From contig DATIXU010000108.1 of the NCBI GenBank assembly GCA_035518275.1, positions 2,039 to 66,038 on the forward strand: a stretch of DNA of 64,000 nucleotides, given 5' to 3'. Positions 22,393-32,081 of this stretch are shown one piece after another. The DNA comes from Steroidobacteraceae bacterium (GTDB taxonomy: Bacteria > Pseudomonadota > Gammaproteobacteria > Steroidobacterales > Steroidobacteraceae). The translations under genes were made by a program, and so were the position numbers. The notes beneath the pieces are model-generated. The model saw only the letters and a list, made by a program, of their open reading frames with translations, made no database searches and was not told the DNA's origin. Numbering within the stretch: the stretch's first letter is position 1; each line of letters starts with the position of its first letter.

Positions 22393-23124
22393 CTATTCGG
22401 CGAACGGCGCGGCGGCGATATGCCGCTCCACCGCATCGTCCGCAGCCGGGTGCGCCACGTGTGCGCGGCACACGCCCTCGAGCCAGGTGGCGCGCTGCGA
22501 GTCAGGCTTGCGCTGGCAGTGCTCGATGAGCAGCGCCGTGAAGCGCCGCTTGAACTGCAGGCGCGGGAAGGCGGCGAGGACCTCCGTCATCTGCCGCTCC
22601 TCGAGATCGCCGGGCTCCGGGCCGTAGACGTCGATCCCCGCCCCCAGCGCGACCAACATGGCCTCCGGCCCCTGGCGGCGGGTGAGTGCAAAGGCGCCGT
22701 CGTGCATCTCGACGGCGTGCCAGACGAGATCGGCCTCCTCCGCCGATCCCAGGTTGTCGCGCACCCAGCGCTCGGCCGCATTCGCACCGTCGATCTCGAA
22801 GGAGCTCCTGGGGCTCTCGAACTCGGGCAGCAGGCCCAGGTCGTGCAGGGCCGCGCCGACGAAGGCTTCCTCGCAGCGGCAGGCGCGCCGCTCACGGGCG
22901 AGCTGCAGCGCGCCGAAAAGGAAAGTGCGCATGCAGTGGTTGAAGAGGTAGTCGGGACAGCGGGCGCGCGCAAAGGCCGCGGCCGCGGCCGCGAGCGGCG
23001 TGCGCGGCAACGCGATGCCCGCAACCTCCGCGGGGAGCTCGGCCGCGCGCGCCGCGCAGCCGAGCCACGGAGCGGCTACGAGCGTCAGTGCACCGGAGAG
23101 TCTCAGCAGCTCACGGCGTCGCAT
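22393..23124 (-). CDS. HD-domain protein with a twin-arginine signal peptide
   Basis: MRRRELLRLSGALTLVAAPWLGCAARA, then HCMRTF...GAALHDLGL (H...HD metal-binding pattern). Confidence 0.72.
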   Translation of the reverse strand: MRRRELLRLSGALTLVAAPWLGCAARAAELPAEVAGIALPRTPLAAAAAAFARARCPDYLFNHCMRTFLFGALQLARERRACRCEEAFVGAALHDLGLLPEFESPRSSFEIDGANAAERWVRDNLGSAEEADLVWHAVEMHDGAFALTRRQGPEAMLVALGAGIDVYGPEPGDLEERQMTEVLAAFPRLQFKRRFTALLIEHCQRKPDSQRATWLEGVCRAHVAHPAADDAVERHIAAAPFAE

Positions 23125-23201
23125 GGGGCGAGTCTAACGCCTGCTTCGGGTAAACTGCCCACGAGGCGCCCGCGTGCGCGTTTCGTCCCCGAAGAGCACC
23201 C

Positions 23202-24962
23202 TTGAAGCAGGAACTCGAGCAGCTGCTGCTGGCTGCCCTTGAAAAGCTGACCGGCAGCCTCCTGGCGGAGACGCCCTCTCAATCGAGCGTAGTGGTCGAG
23301 CGCACCCGCGAGGCGCAGCACGGCGACTTCGCCAGCAACGTGGCGCTGCGTCTGGCGAAGGCTGCCCGGCGCAACCCGCGCGAGCTCGCCGCCGCGATCG
23401 TCACAGCGCTGCCGCCGAATGAGCTGGTAGCGCGGACCGAAGTCGCCGGCGCCGGCTTCATCAATTTCCACCTCGCGCCCGCGGCCTATGCGCGCGAGCT
23501 CGCGCAGATACACGAGCGCGGCGCGCACTATGGCGAGAGCCGCTCAGGTTCCGGGGAGCGCGTGCTGGTCGAGTTCGTCTCGGCGAACCCCACGGGCCCG
23601 CTGCATGTGGGCCACGGGCGCCAGGCCGCCTACGGCGCGACGCTGGCCAACATCCTCGCCGCCGCCGGCTACGACGTCGCGCGCGAGTATTACGTCAACG
23701 ACGCCGGCCGGCAGATGGACATCCTCGCGGTGAGCGCCTGGGTACGCTATCTCGAGCTCTGCGGGGAAGCGCTGCCCTTCCCGGAGAACGGCTACCGCGG
23801 CGACTACGTGCGCGTGCTGGCGCACGACCTGAAGGCCGCCGCCAGTGAGGCGACGCTGCGCCGCCCGGCCGCCGCGGTGCTCGCCGCTCTGCCAGCGGAT
23901 GCTCCCGCCGGAGACAAGGAAGCCTACATCGATGCGCTGATCGCGCGCGCCCGCGAGCTGCTGGGCGCGGCTGGCTTCCGCCAGGTGCTCGAGCTGTCGC
24001 TCGAGGCGATGCTCAGCGACATTCGCGAGGATCTCGCGGAGTTCGGCGTGGTGTTCGATCAATGGACCTCCGAGCGCGCCTTTGTCGACTCGGGGGCGAT
24101 CGATCACGCGCTCGAGGTGCTCGAATCCCAGCAACGCCTCTACCGCCAGGACGGGGCGCTCTGGTTCCGGGCCACCGAGTTCGGCGATGAGAAGGATCGC
24201 GTGGTGGTGCGCGAGAACGGCCAGAAAACCTACTTCGCCTCCGACATCGCCTATCACCTCAGCAAGCGCGAGCGCGGCTTCGCGCATCTGATCGACGTCC
24301 TGGGCGCCGATCATCACGGCTACGTGGCGCGCGTACGCGCCGGGCTCGTGGCCATGGGCCAGCCGGCCGATTGCCTCGAGGTGCAGCTGATCCAGTTCGT
24401 GAGCCTGTTCCGCGGCGCCGAAAAGATCCCGATGGGCAAGCGCGAGGCGCAGTTCGTGACGCTCCGCCAGCTGCGTGCGGAGGTGGGCAACGATGCCTGC
24501 CGCTTCTTCTACCTGATGCGCAGCCACGACCAGCCGCTCGACTTCGATCTCGAGCTTGCCAAGTCGCGCACCAACGAGAACCCGGTTTACTACATCCAGT
24601 ACGCGCACGCGCGCGTCGCGAGTGTCATGAAGCAGCTCGCCGCGCGCGGCCTCACCTTCGACCGCGCCGCGGGGCTCGCCGCCGTAGCGAGCCTCACCGA
24701 CAGCCACGAGCAGGCAGTGCTGCAGGCGCTCACCCGCTACCCGGAAGTGCTCGAGCAGGCGGCGGCCAACCGCGCGCCGCATGCGCTGGTGCACTACCTG
24801 CGCGAGCTCGCCAACACCTTCCATACCTATTACAACGCGCAGGTCTTCATCGTCGAGGACGCCCGGCTGCGCAACGCGCGCCTGGCGCTGGTGCTCGGGG
24901 TGCAGCAGGTGGTGCGCAACGGGCTGACGCTGCTCGGCGTGTCGGCGCCCGAGACAATGTGA
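23202..24962 (+). CDS. argS: Arginine--tRNA ligase
   Basis: 586 aa with class-I HIGH motif SANPTGPLHVGHGR and a DALR anticodon-binding C-terminus. TTG start as given in the ORF track. Confidence 0.92.
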   Translation: MKQELEQLLLAALEKLTGSLLAETPSQSSVVVERTREAQHGDFASNVALRLAKAARRNPRELAAAIVTALPPNELVARTEVAGAGFINFHLAPAAYARELAQIHERGAHYGESRSGSGERVLVEFVSANPTGPLHVGHGRQAAYGATLANILAAAGYDVAREYYVNDAGRQMDILAVSAWVRYLELCGEALPFPENGYRGDYVRVLAHDLKAAASEATLRRPAAAVLAALPADAPAGDKEAYIDALIARARELLGAAGFRQVLELSLEAMLSDIREDLAEFGVVFDQWTSERAFVDSGAIDHALEVLESQQRLYRQDGALWFRATEFGDEKDRVVVRENGQKTYFASDIAYHLSKRERGFAHLIDVLGADHHGYVARVRAGLVAMGQPADCLEVQLIQFVSLFRGAEKIPMGKREAQFVTLRQLRAEVGNDACRFFYLMRSHDQPLDFDLELAKSRTNENPVYYIQYAHARVASVMKQLAARGLTFDRAAGLAAVASLTDSHEQAVLQALTRYPEVLEQAAANRAPHALVHYLRELANTFHTYYNAQVFIVEDARLRNARLALVLGVQQVVRNGLTLLGVSAPETM

Positions 24963-24974
24963 AATAAGCGCACG

Positions 24975-25556
24975 ATGGCGCGACTCACCACCCGCGACTA
25001 CAAGAGAACGACGCGCCGCACGCTCGACTTCTCACGCTGGCGCGAGTTCGGCTACGGCCTGCTGGCAGGCGCCGTGCTCGCGACCGTCGCCTTCGTCTAC
25101 GCGGGCGGCAAGGCTCACAGGGCGCCCGAGCTCGCCGACGTGCCGCACCCGGACCCGCACCGCGCGCCAGCCGCCGACAATGACCCGGCCGCGGCGGGCC
25201 CGGACAAATCCTCCGAAAAGTACGACTTCTATCAGATGCTGCCGAACTTCGAGGTAGTGGTGCCGGAGAAGGACAAGGACGTCAAGCGCGATCTGTCCGC
25301 GGGCGCGCCCATCGAGCGACCGGGCGTCTACGTGCTGCAGGCCGGCTCCTATCGCAACGAGGCGGACGCCGAGCGCGTGCGTCAGCAGCTCGCGCTCCAG
25401 GGCGTGCAGGCCAAGGTGCAGCGCGTCGCGGTCGATGCCGACGTGTGGCACCGGGTGCGCATCGGCCCGATCACGAATCTCGCCGAGCTCAACAAGGTGC
25501 GCAAGCAGCTGCAGGCCGCCGAGGTGGATGCGCTGGTGATCCGCGTGGGGGACTAG
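24975..25556 (+). CDS. SPOR domain protein (FtsN/DedD-like)
   Basis: N-terminal TM helix, low-complexity linker and C-terminal SPOR repeat YVLQAGSYRNEADAERVRQQL...WHRVRIGP. Confidence 0.8.
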   Translation: MARLTTRDYKRTTRRTLDFSRWREFGYGLLAGAVLATVAFVYAGGKAHRAPELADVPHPDPHRAPAADNDPAAAGPDKSSEKYDFYQMLPNFEVVVPEKDKDVKRDLSAGAPIERPGVYVLQAGSYRNEADAERVRQQLALQGVQAKVQRVAVDADVWHRVRIGPITNLAELNKVRKQLQAAEVDALVIRVGD

Positions 25557-25573
25557 GACGGGAGGAGGCTCGC

Positions 25574-26161
25574 ATGAGAAGCGTAATTGCGGGATTGCTC
25601 ATGTTGTTGGCGGCGCCGGCTGTCTGGAGCCAGGACGCGCCGCCCACGGAGGCCTCCATCAGACAGCTGTTCGAGGTCATGCACACCAGCAGGCTCCTGG
25701 ACAGCATGATGACGCAGATCGACCAGGTGATGCACAGCTCAATCCAGCAATCGCTCAAGGGACAAAAGCTCAACGCTGAGCAGCAGCAGATCCTCGATGA
25801 CATGGGGAGCGAGCTCGCCGGCATGGTGAAGCAGTATCTGAAATGGTCCGATCTCGAGCCGCAAATGATCGCAATTTACCGCAAGACCTTCAGCCAGCAG
25901 GAGATCGACGGCATGCTGGCCTTTTACCGCTCGCCGACCGGCCAGGCGGTGATCGAGAAGCTTCCACTCGCGATGCAGAACACGATGCAGTTCACGATGC
26001 AGCGCGTCGGCGACCTGCAGCCGAAGATTGCGCAGCTGCAGCGCGACACGATCGCCGCGTTGAAGCGCGCGCAGAGCCGCTCCGCCGAACAGGGGCAATC
26101 CGAGCCGCCCCCTCCGGCTGCGCCGGCGTCGCCGTCAGCGCCGCCGACCGCTCCGCACTGA
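25574..26161 (+). CDS. DUF2059-like periplasmic protein
   Basis: ATG at 25574 is preceded by GGAGGAGG. It has signal peptide MRSVIAGLLMLLAAPAVWSQ, the segment LAFYRSPTGQAVIEKLP and a Pro/Ala-rich tail. Confidence 0.7.
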   Translation: MRSVIAGLLMLLAAPAVWSQDAPPTEASIRQLFEVMHTSRLLDSMMTQIDQVMHSSIQQSLKGQKLNAEQQQILDDMGSELAGMVKQYLKWSDLEPQMIAIYRKTFSQQEIDGMLAFYRSPTGQAVIEKLPLAMQNTMQFTMQRVGDLQPKIAQLQRDTIAALKRAQSRSAEQGQSEPPPPAAPASPSAPPTAPH

Positions 26162-26515
26162 CTTCGGCCGGGGCTTCTGCTCTTTGGGCGGCGCGCGCTG
26201 TGCCACCGCCACCGAGCGGCGCGCCCATTCGGCGAGCCGACGGGCGTCTTCCAACACCTCCGCCGGGGCCTCGTAGTAGCTCATGCTGAGCTGCGGCCGG
26301 TCGGCGTACGGCCGGAACGGCTGCGCGCCGCGCACGGTGTAGTCGGCGCGGTTGGAATCATCGACCCGCAGGTACAGCGTGTCGTCCGCGATCAGCCCGA
26401 AGAACAGCTCGCCGCAGTACAGCCCCGCCCCGCCGAACATGCGCCGCGCGCTGAGCTCCTCCAGCGCCGCGAGCTGCTCGAGCACGTAGGCGAGAAAGTT
26501 GGCGCTGAGCGTCAT
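26135..26515 (-). CDS. TfoX/Sxy N-terminal-domain protein
   Basis: 126 aa. RRMFGGAGLYCGELFFGLIADDTLYLRVDD is the typical TfoX N-domain core. The 3' end overlaps the convergent DUF2059 gene by 27 nt. Confidence 0.75.
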   Translation of the reverse strand: MTLSANFLAYVLEQLAALEELSARRMFGGAGLYCGELFFGLIADDTLYLRVDDSNRADYTVRGAQPFRPYADRPQLSMSYYEAPAEVLEDARRLAEWARRSVAVAQRAPPKEQKPRPKSVRSGRRR

Positions 26516-26539
26516 GCGGAGCGCGACACCGGCGCACCC

Positions 26540-27907
26540 TCAGTCCTCGCTGATGTTACGGAAGTCGACTCCCAGCGACCGCAGCTTCCGATACAGGTGC
26601 GTGCGCTCCATCCCCACCCGCTTGGCGAGCTGCCCGACCTTGCCGTTGCAGAGCAGCAGCTGCTGCTGCAGATAAGCGCGCTCGAACTGCTCGCGGGCCT
26701 CGCGCAGCGGCAACGCCAGCAGATCCTGTTTCACCAGCGGCTCGTCGGGTGGCGCCTGCACGGCGAGCTCGCGCTCGATCTCCTCGAGCCGGATCTCCTC
26801 ACTCCCGCCGTGGATCAGCAGGCGATGCACCAGGTGGCGGAGCTCGCGCACGTTGTCCGGCCAGGGGTAGTTGCGCAGGCGGTTCTGCGCGGCGACGCTG
26901 AACCGCCGGAAGGGGAGCCCTTCGGTGTCGACCACGCGGTCGACGTGGTAGCGCAGCAGGTCCGGCACGTCCTCGGCGTACTCGCGCAGCGGCGGCACGC
27001 GCATGATGAGCACGTTGAGGTGCGCGAGCAGATCGCGGCGCAGTGCCTCACCCCCGGCGCGCTGCTCGATCCCCGGCTGCGCCGAGGAGATGAGGCGCGC
27101 ACGAAACGCCACCGGCTCGGCTCCGCCCAGGCGCGTGAACTGTCCCGACTCGAGCACGCCGTAGAGGAGCCGCTGCACCCCGGCCGGCAGATCCTCGATC
27201 TCGTGAACGAAGAGCGTCCCGTTGCCGACCTGCTCGAGCAGGCCCTCCTGGCCGCCGCCGTCCGCGCCCACGCGCCCGAAGAGGCGCTCCTCGGCGTCCG
27301 CCTCGCGCAGCGTGCTGGCGATGAGCGTAATGAACGGCGAGGCCGCGCGCGGACCGTGCTCGTGCACGTAGCGCGCAAAAGCTTCGCGCCCCGAGCCCGG
27401 CTCGCCGACCAGCAGCAGCGGCGAGGGATTGGCCGCCATCTGCTGCAGCTCGGCGCGCAGCTGCTGTATCAGGCGGCTCTTGCCGATCGGCGCCGTGAGC
27501 GCGGCGCCGAGGAGCTTGCCCGACTGGCGATGGCGCCGTCCGGCATCGAGCGCGCGCTCCACCGTGCGCAGCAGCTTGGCGAGCGACAGTGGCTTCTCGA
27601 CGAAGTCGAAGGCGCCGAGGCGCGTGGCCTCGACCGCAGTCTCCACCGTGCCGTGCCCGGACATCATCACGACCGGACAGCCGTCGGCGACGCCGGTCGA
27701 CCACTCGCGCAGCAGCGTGATGCCGTCGACGTCCGGCATCCAGATGTCGAGCAACACGAGATCGGGGATCTGCCGGGCGCGCGCGGCGCGCGCCTGGGCC
27801 GCGTTGGCGGCGACGTCCACTTCGTAGCCTTCCTCGGAGAGGATCTCCTTGAGGAGGCCGCGGATGTCCGCCTCGTCATCGACTACGAGAATGTGTGGGT
27901 TGCTCAT
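26540..27907 (-). CDS. ntrX: NtrX-type response regulator (REC-AAA+-HTH, no GAFTGA loop)
   Basis: REC domain ILVVDDE...LLDIWMPDVDG, AAA+ domain with GEPGSGRE, and C-terminal Fis-type HTH. No GAFTGA motif is seen. It sits directly downstream of ntrY. Confidence 0.88.
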   Translation of the reverse strand: MSNPHILVVDDEADIRGLLKEILSEEGYEVDVAANAAQARAARARQIPDLVLLDIWMPDVDGITLLREWSTGVADGCPVVMMSGHGTVETAVEATRLGAFDFVEKPLSLAKLLRTVERALDAGRRHRQSGKLLGAALTAPIGKSRLIQQLRAELQQMAANPSPLLLVGEPGSGREAFARYVHEHGPRAASPFITLIASTLREADAEERLFGRVGADGGGQEGLLEQVGNGTLFVHEIEDLPAGVQRLLYGVLESGQFTRLGGAEPVAFRARLISSAQPGIEQRAGGEALRRDLLAHLNVLIMRVPPLREYAEDVPDLLRYHVDRVVDTEGLPFRRFSVAAQNRLRNYPWPDNVRELRHLVHRLLIHGGSEEIRLEEIERELAVQAPPDEPLVKQDLLALPLREAREQFERAYLQQQLLLCNGKVGQLAKRVGMERTHLYRKLRSLGVDFRNISED

Positions 27908-30153
27908 GCCCGTTCCCTCCGCAACTGATCACGCCGCTCGCGCGCACCGGCGGTGCGGGTGCTGTCTGTCACCGGCAGCACCACGCGCACGCGGGCGCCG
28001 CCTTCGGGGCGGTTGTCCGCATCGATGCGGCCGCCATGCTCCTCGACGATTTTCTTGACGATCGCCAGCCCCAGACCCGTGCCCTTCGGCTTGCTGGTCA
28101 CGTACGGGTCGAACACCCGTCCCAGGAGCTCGCGCTGAAATCCCGGCCCGTTGTCGCACACCGTGACGCTCGCGTACCCGCTCTCGTCGGTGCTGTCGAG
28201 CCGGGTGGCGATCTCGAGGGCGGGCTGCGCGACGCCCTCGAGTGCCTCGAGCGCGTTGGTCACGAGATTGTTGAGAATCTGCCGTACGCGGCCGCGGTCC
28301 GCCTCGATTCCCGCGAGGCGCGGATCGAGCTCGAGGCGGATGCGGGTACGCGGCGCCTGTGAGCGGTACAGGTCGGCCACCTCGGTCACCAGTTGATTCA
28401 GGCTGAAGCGCGTCACCTGCATCTCGGGGGCGCGCGCGTACTCGCTGAAGGCGTTCACCATCTGCTGCATGGTCTCGACCTGCTGCACGATGGTGCGGGT
28501 GCCGCGCTCGAGGATCTCGGCGTCCCGCTCGCTCATGCCGGCGAGCAGGCGCCGTCGCAGCCGCTCGGCCGAGAGCTGAATGGGAGTGAGGGGGTTCTTG
28601 ATCTCGTGCGCGAGGCGCCGCGCGACCTCGCCCCAGGCGGCGTCGCGCTGCGCCGCGAGCAGCGTCGTGATGTCGTCGAACACGATCACGAAGCCCATGT
28701 CGCGGTCCTCACCCGGCAACGGCGTGCAGGCGCACATCAGCGTGCGCCGGCCCGCGGTGCCGTCGAGGTCGAGCTGCTCGCGCCACTCCTCGCGGCCGGC
28801 GGCGAAGCGCACCGCGAGCGCGCCCACGAACTGCCCGAGGCGCTCGTTGCCGGCGGCGAGCTCGGGGAGCGGTCTCCCGGTGGCCGAAGCAAAGTCGGTG
28901 CCGAGAATCGCCCCGGCCGCCTGGTTCGCCATGCGCACCGTCATGTGGCGGTCGATCGCCAGCACCCCGGTGGAGAGCCGGGCGAGGATGATCGCGAGGC
29001 GCTCGCGCTCGCGCTCCACCGCCTCCTGGCTCGACTGTGCCTCGGCGCGCGCGCGCCGCAGGCGCTTGGTCATGTCGTTGAAGGAGTGCACCAGGAAGCC
29101 CATCTCGTCGCGCGACGGCAGCCGCAGCCGCGTGGCGAAATCGCCCTTGCCGACCGCGCGCGTGCCCTCGATCAGATCCTGCACCGGGCGCACCAGGCGC
29201 TGCGCCGAGAAGATCGCGCCGTAGATGGCGGCGAGCATCGCGAGCAGCAGCACCAGGGTCAGGGTGAGGCTGAAACTGTACTTGAGCGGCTCGCGCATGG
29301 CGGCGAGATTGCCGTACTGCGAGTAGGCGCCCTGCACCGCCTCGGAGAGGGCCGCGAGCTGCGCCGGCACCGGGTAGATCGCCACCACGAAGCGCGGATC
29401 GTGGCTCGCCGATTCACCGAGCGGCGCACCAGTGCGGATCAGGTAGCGCCCGCCGGCCTGCGGCTCGAGGCTCACGTAGGGGAGATGCTGGGCCACCTGG
29501 CGCACCAGGTCCGGCGGCGGCTGCGCCGGCAGCGCTTCGAGCGGGTTCTCGAGGCTCGCCGCAACGATGCGCCCGCGCGCGCCGAACAGCGCGATCTCGA
29601 GCGCGTCCCCGGCGAGCCGCTCGGCGTCGAGCCGCGTCTGCACGGCCGCCGGCGAGGCGGCCGCGAGCTCGCGCGCCAGCGCCTGAGTGCGCTGCGAGTA
29701 CTCGCGCATACGCAGGTCGAGCGCAGCCCGCGACAGCACCACCGCATCGTTGAGCCCCTGCTTCACCTCCAGCGTGAACCAGCTGTCGATGCCGCGGTTG
29801 AGGAACTCGAGCGAGGACAGGTAGACGATCAGCAGCGGCGCGATCACCAGCGCGCCGAAGATGCCCACGGTGCGCGCGGTGAGGCGCGAGCCCGGGACGT
29901 GCGCGCGGTAGTCGCGCACCAGCCGCCAGATCTTGCGTGTCACCAGCACCGTGAGCACCAGCGCCGCGCCGGCGTTGAGCACCACGATCCACCACTGCAG
30001 CCGCGCGAACTCGCCCGAGTTCTGCGTGCTCTTGGCGAGCAGCAGGAAAGCGCCGATCGCGGTGATGCCCCAGAAGACGCTGAGTGCCAGCGCATTCAGC
30101 CGCGCGCGCCGCTGGCCGCGGGGATTTACACCGGCAGCGACCATGTGTACCAC
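27904..30153 (-). CDS. ntrY: NtrY-type sensor histidine kinase (TM-HAMP-PAS-HisKA-HATPase)
   Basis: H-box RLAHEIKNPLTPI, N/G boxes (LNNLVTNALEA, DNGPGF, GTGLGLAIVKKIVEEHGG) and N-terminal TM helices. It overlaps ntrX by 4 nt. Confidence 0.88.
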   Translation of the reverse strand: MVHMVAAGVNPRGQRRARLNALALSVFWGITAIGAFLLLAKSTQNSGEFARLQWWIVVLNAGAALVLTVLVTRKIWRLVRDYRAHVPGSRLTARTVGIFGALVIAPLLIVYLSSLEFLNRGIDSWFTLEVKQGLNDAVVLSRAALDLRMREYSQRTQALARELAAASPAAVQTRLDAERLAGDALEIALFGARGRIVAASLENPLEALPAQPPPDLVRQVAQHLPYVSLEPQAGGRYLIRTGAPLGESASHDPRFVVAIYPVPAQLAALSEAVQGAYSQYGNLAAMREPLKYSFSLTLTLVLLLAMLAAIYGAIFSAQRLVRPVQDLIEGTRAVGKGDFATRLRLPSRDEMGFLVHSFNDMTKRLRRARAEAQSSQEAVERERERLAIILARLSTGVLAIDRHMTVRMANQAAGAILGTDFASATGRPLPELAAGNERLGQFVGALAVRFAAGREEWREQLDLDGTAGRRTLMCACTPLPGEDRDMGFVIVFDDITTLLAAQRDAAWGEVARRLAHEIKNPLTPIQLSAERLRRRLLAGMSERDAEILERGTRTIVQQVETMQQMVNAFSEYARAPEMQVTRFSLNQLVTEVADLYRSQAPRTRIRLELDPRLAGIEADRGRVRQILNNLVTNALEALEGVAQPALEIATRLDSTDESGYASVTVCDNGPGFQRELLGRVFDPYVTSKPKGTGLGLAIVKKIVEEHGGRIDADNRPEGGARVRVVLPVTDSTRTAGARERRDQLRRERA

Positions 30154-30725
30154 TCGCTCTGTCGTGCCCAGTCGTCGGTCCAGAACAGCAGCGCCCGCAG
30201 TGACGCCGGCAGCTCCCCGCGGCGCACGCCGGCGCGCACGCTGATGGTGTAGTTGCCGCCATCGAGCTGCGGCTCCACCAGGATCGGCCAGCCGTCGACT
30301 TTACCCAGGGTTTCGAGCGCCTCGTCGAGCGTCGCGAAGGTGTCCTGGTCGCCGCTGCGCACGTCGCGCACCACGTAACGGTCACTCACCCCGTGATAGC
30401 TGAGCTGCCGGTGCAGGGTCAGCTCGACGATGTTGGCGTTGAACCAGAGGCGCCGCTCCCGCTCGATGCGCACGTCCAGGTCGAAGTCCAGCGTGATTCC
30501 GTCCCGCAGCGCGTTACGGATGGCAGGCCCTTGCGGGTACTCCACGCGCGCGTGCAGCAGGAACACCCCGTGATCGATATTGACGTACGCGGAGCGCACC
30601 GCGAGCACGCCGTCGAGGGCATCCGCATGCGCCCGGCCGGCTCCGCCGCCGAGCGCCAGCACGCAGAGCGTCGTGAGCAGTCCGCGCCCGATCAAACCGT
30701 CCCTTGCTGGATCGCTGCGTAGCAT
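30126..30725 (-). CDS. DUF4390-like secreted protein
   Basis: 199 aa with a signal peptide. It occupies the rsmB to ntrY slot typical of this family. The family call is from memory of the synteny and is not verified. Confidence 0.65.
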   Translation of the reverse strand: MLRSDPARDGLIGRGLLTTLCVLALGGGAGRAHADALDGVLAVRSAYVNIDHGVFLLHARVEYPQGPAIRNALRDGITLDFDLDVRIERERRLWFNANIVELTLHRQLSYHGVSDRYVVRDVRSGDQDTFATLDEALETLGKVDGWPILVEPQLDGGNYTISVRAGVRRGELPASLRALLFWTDDWARQSEWYTWSLPV

Positions 30726-30740
30726 GGATGCAACTGGCGC

Positions 30741-32081
30741 TCAGGTTTCGGCCGTTGTCTTTTCGATACAAGCATAATAGAAGCCGTCGGTCCCCGCCTC
30801 TGCCCCGGGCAAAAGCTGAGTGCCCACGGCTCTTTCCCGGGCCTTGGGCGCGAGCTCGGCGGCACGCGGCATTTCAGCGACAGCCATATGGGGGGTGCCC
30901 TGCAGGAAGCGCTGCACCACGGCCTCGTTCTCCTCGGGCAGCACCGAGCACGTGCAATAGAGGATCCGCCCGCCCACGGCCAGCATGCGGCCCGCTGCCT
31001 CGAGAATCGCGAGCTGCATGGCGGCGAGCGCCGGCAGGTCGCTCTCGCGCCTCAGCAGCTTGATGTCCGGATGACGGCGGATCACACCCGTGGAGGAGCA
31101 CGGGGCGTCCACCAGAATGCGCTCGAAGGGGCGCCCGTCCCAGAAGCTCTGCGGCTCACGCGCATCGCCAACCCGAAGCTGCGCGCTGCGCCGGAGGCGC
31201 ACGAGGTTCTCGCGGATCCGGTCGACTCTGGATGCGTCGATGTCCACCGCGGTGACGTCCGCGCCCTGGCCGAGCTGCTCAAGAATGTGTCCGGTTTTTC
31301 CGCCGGGCGCTGCGCAGGCATCGAGGACCCGCATGCCCGGACGCGCCGCGAGTAACGGCGCTGCGAGCTGGGCGCCCGCGTCCTGCACCGAAACGATGCC
31401 GTCCGCGAAGCCCGGGAGTCGATCAACAGGTTGCGGGCGATCCAAAATTACCGCTGATGGCATCCATTGTATCTTTTGAGAGTCAATTCCCGCGGCGCGC
31501 AACTGACTCATGTACTCGGCCGCCGTGGTGCGCGAGAGGTCGACCCGCAGCGTCATTGGCGGATGCGCGTTGTTGGCGGCGAGAATGCCTTCGCAGGACT
31601 CTCCCCAGACGGCCCTCAGGCGATCGACGAGCCAGGCGGGATGGGCGGTGCGACCTGCGAGGTCCTGATCCACCCGTGCGAGGAGCGCAGCGTGCTCTGC
31701 GAGATAGCGGCGCAACACCGCGTTCACGAGCCCGGTGGCGCGCTCGGCACCCAGGATCCGCGCTGCATCGACCGCGGCGTGCACCGTCTGCTCCGGGACG
31801 TTGCGCGAGTACTCGATCTGATGAGCGCTCACCGCGAGCAGCGCGCGCACCGCGGAGGCAATGCCCGCGGGCCGCTTCAGGAGTGTCTCGAGCGCCGGCG
31901 CAAGCCGCAGATACCACCGCAGCGTCCCGAGCGTGATCGCGCGCACCGCCGACCGATCCGCTCCGGAGGCAGCGTCCGCGAGCGCCGCATCCGCGGAGCG
32001 GCCATGCGCCACGACAGCGTCGACGACCCGGGCGCCTGCGGCGAGAGCCGTGGCGCCCGGAGCCCAGCGCGTCCTAGCCAA
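30741..32081 (-). CDS. rsmB: 16S rRNA (cytosine967-C5)-methyltransferase
   Basis: N-terminal NusB-like region plus a SAM methyltransferase core (VLDACAAPGGKT, DAPCSSTGVIRRHPD, YCTCS). It follows fmt with an 8-nt overlap. Confidence 0.9.
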   Translation of the reverse strand: MARTRWAPGATALAAGARVVDAVVAHGRSADAALADAASGADRSAVRAITLGTLRWYLRLAPALETLLKRPAGIASAVRALLAVSAHQIEYSRNVPEQTVHAAVDAARILGAERATGLVNAVLRRYLAEHAALLARVDQDLAGRTAHPAWLVDRLRAVWGESCEGILAANNAHPPMTLRVDLSRTTAAEYMSQLRAAGIDSQKIQWMPSAVILDRPQPVDRLPGFADGIVSVQDAGAQLAAPLLAARPGMRVLDACAAPGGKTGHILEQLGQGADVTAVDIDASRVDRIRENLVRLRRSAQLRVGDAREPQSFWDGRPFERILVDAPCSSTGVIRRHPDIKLLRRESDLPALAAMQLAILEAAGRMLAVGGRILYCTCSVLPEENEAVVQRFLQGTPHMAVAEMPRAAELAPKARERAVGTQLLPGAEAGTDGFYYACIEKTTAET

